Shown here: piece after piece, positions 62,145 through 64,000 of the stretch | How the letters are laid out: every line of letters starts with the position of its first letter | Position numbering within the stretch: position 1 is the stretch's first letter | NCBI GenBank assembly: GCA_002269645.1 | Contig: NIVC01001493.1 | Span: 62,001 to 126,000 of the forward strand | From: Macrostomum lignano | Lineage: Eukaryota | Direction of reading: 5' to 3' | DNA: 64,000 nucleotides | Program-made: the position numbers and the translations under genes | The notes under the pieces: generated by a model | What the model was told of the DNA's origin: nothing | What the model saw: the letters and a program-made list of their open reading frames with translations, nothing else | The model's database searches: none

Positions 62145-63601
62145 GGCGAGTTGGGGATTTTGTCAAACCGGATGGAATTGAGAGAAAATGAAATCGTTCT
62201 GAATCCACTTTCTCTTTTGATAGACAGAGATGCATTTAAAAATGCTCTTAGTCTCCATTTTTTCCGCTCTCTTCCGAATAATATTTGAGCCTCGATTTTT
62301 GATGCCTTGGTTACTGATGGAGCCTATTGCAATGCCTTGATTCATTCCAACACTCACGGTCCGTATGCGTGGCAGAATTTGACTTTCGTAGCCATTAAAA
62401 TTTACTTCGCATTGATGGCTGAGGAGAAAAGCAGCCAGTTTAATGTGGCTTTTGTTTTGAGACAATGGACAACATGGGAGAGATTTGTACGCGTGCTACT
62501 ATAGTCTTGCGTTTGCTTATAATGCTTGCAGTACTTGCCGAGCAGTCAGTTTCACTGCTGCTTTGGGCAGCTGCTCCATCGGCGATCTCAGGTGACGAAC
62601 TGGTTGTCCCTGTCTTGAAACAGAATCAATGCCTCCTGCAGCAGTTGCGTGGATGTAAGCATGCAGACACCTTGTTGGTGCTCTTGGCCAGAATAAGGAC
62701 GTTCTGAGATAAATATACTCAGTAACAGCGAACCCCCTTTACCTCACACTTCATGGCCCTAAAGTTTCGCATGCCATCGTTGATTCAGACATGTGCCTTT
62801 TGATACATTTAGCCTTTCTTATAGCTCTATTGATATTCATAAAGCTTTTTGTTTAGAAATTTAGCCTTCGACGTTAATTTTATATCCTATAGGGAGTTCG
62901 GGTTTAAGGTAAAAGGGAAGAAGGTTTTTAGAGCACGAGGTAAATCAGTTTCAAGTCACAGCTTACCATGTATACGCTCGTATAAAGGTCTGCAAATAGA
63001 GACGGTTGAACCGGTTCCTTGAAAAATTCCAGCGTTTTATGCTTGCGCAGTTGGACATGAGCCATGGTCTAGCAATACTTTTACCTCGTGTTCCTCGCTC
63101 AACTACTTAACAAGCAGTAAGCAAAGAAATATAAGAATATTTGTAATAAACATTAACTCTTGACAATCTCTTCTTTCGTGAATAATCCATCCCGAATTTT
63201 TCGTTTGCACAAAAATGGAGGTGTAATTCAAATCTTCGAATTGGTGGGTATAAGGCCTAGTAGCAGGATTTTAATAAATAAAAGTTCCGACCATTGAGTA
63301 TTAGCATTTTTAAACGCAATATATGGATAACATACAAAACATATATATCGACATCTTTATACTTTATAACTTTATAGATATTTTATACAAGGGGTCATGT
63401 AGTTGGTTTTGATGGTGGTATCTTGTTGACAGTGAGGGTGGTTAAAACATTAAGATAATTTTCTCATAAAAAATGATTAACAAAAATTTATGGCTTAATA
63501 TTTTAGGAATGGTTTACGATAATTGATGTCAGACTGTCAAATAAGTTTTGTGACCCTTTGGACATGATGAAGGTTTCCTGTTATCGGATGTATTATCGTA
63601 C

Positions 63602-63826
63602 CTTGGCTCTCGACCAGAACAAGAACAGGTTCGTTCCAGTATTGCCAGATACGCTTCGACTGCTGTAAGGTTTCCCCGGTGTGCCTGCGATGGAGTGGCC
63701 TTCGTCGCAGTATTCGGTTAGCCGCATCAAAACAGTCTGTTCGTCTATCATTAGTTTGAGATGGATTGGCCTAATAAGGTCTGCCACGATGCGAGTTGTT
63801 CCTTGGAGTGACTGGAGCAAGGACAA
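63602..63826 (-). CDS. Possible internal exon of an unidentified gene extending beyond the window
   Basis: 225-nt open frame bounded by TTCAG| and AAG|GTACGA (phase 0-0); no recognisable motif. Confidence 0.3.
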
Positions 63827-64000
63827 CTGAAGTTACGTTATATTATTACTATATTATTTTACACTGGCTTAATGAGATTATTAGTTTACAAACTAAAAAC
63901 TCGTTTTCGCTATTGAGTATTGACTAGGAATTGTGACAGACTGACAAATTTCTAAAGAAAATTTGGCGTATTTTTAACGCTGCTTATACATGTAGTCTAC

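Noticed and set aside
62163-62710. Coding-like stretch upstream of the WSC gene
   Set aside because: Stops in all frames over short distances and no recognisable motif.

Overview
Eukaryotic (metazoan) genomic DNA: GC-rich spliced genes with GT-AG introns in an AT-rich, repeat-dense background. Homopolymer-rich proteins and intronic minisatellites suggest a free-living flatworm such as Macrostomum (inference only). Host genes I could reconstruct: RSKR/SGK494-like AGC kinase (-, 4 exons), an orphan membrane protein (+), a mucin-stalk/2xFN2 type I membrane protein (+), a C-type lectin + 4 CCP-like + TM protein (-, 8 exons), CFAP20DC/C3orf67 (-, 5' end unresolved), an orphan 2-TM ORF (-) and a secreted WSC+PAN protein (-). 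Mobile DNA: a young Ty3/Gypsy LTR element with a deleted 3' LTR, a 1.5-kb internally deleted P-superfamily (THAP) transposon, two tRNA-derived SINE families (5 copies) and a retrotransposon protease relic. Tandem repeats include a 12.8-kb 32-bp satellite with 1.5-kb and 2.8-kb higher-order structure and an AP-1-type TGACTCA motif in its monomer, plus more than 15 unrelated minisatellites, mostly intronic. Several single-base frameshifts in otherwise intact genes suggest assembly indels or a decaying duplicate region. No CRISPR array, rRNA or true tRNA gene was seen, and I found no single clearly novel multi-gene system. All calls were made by eye without database searches.
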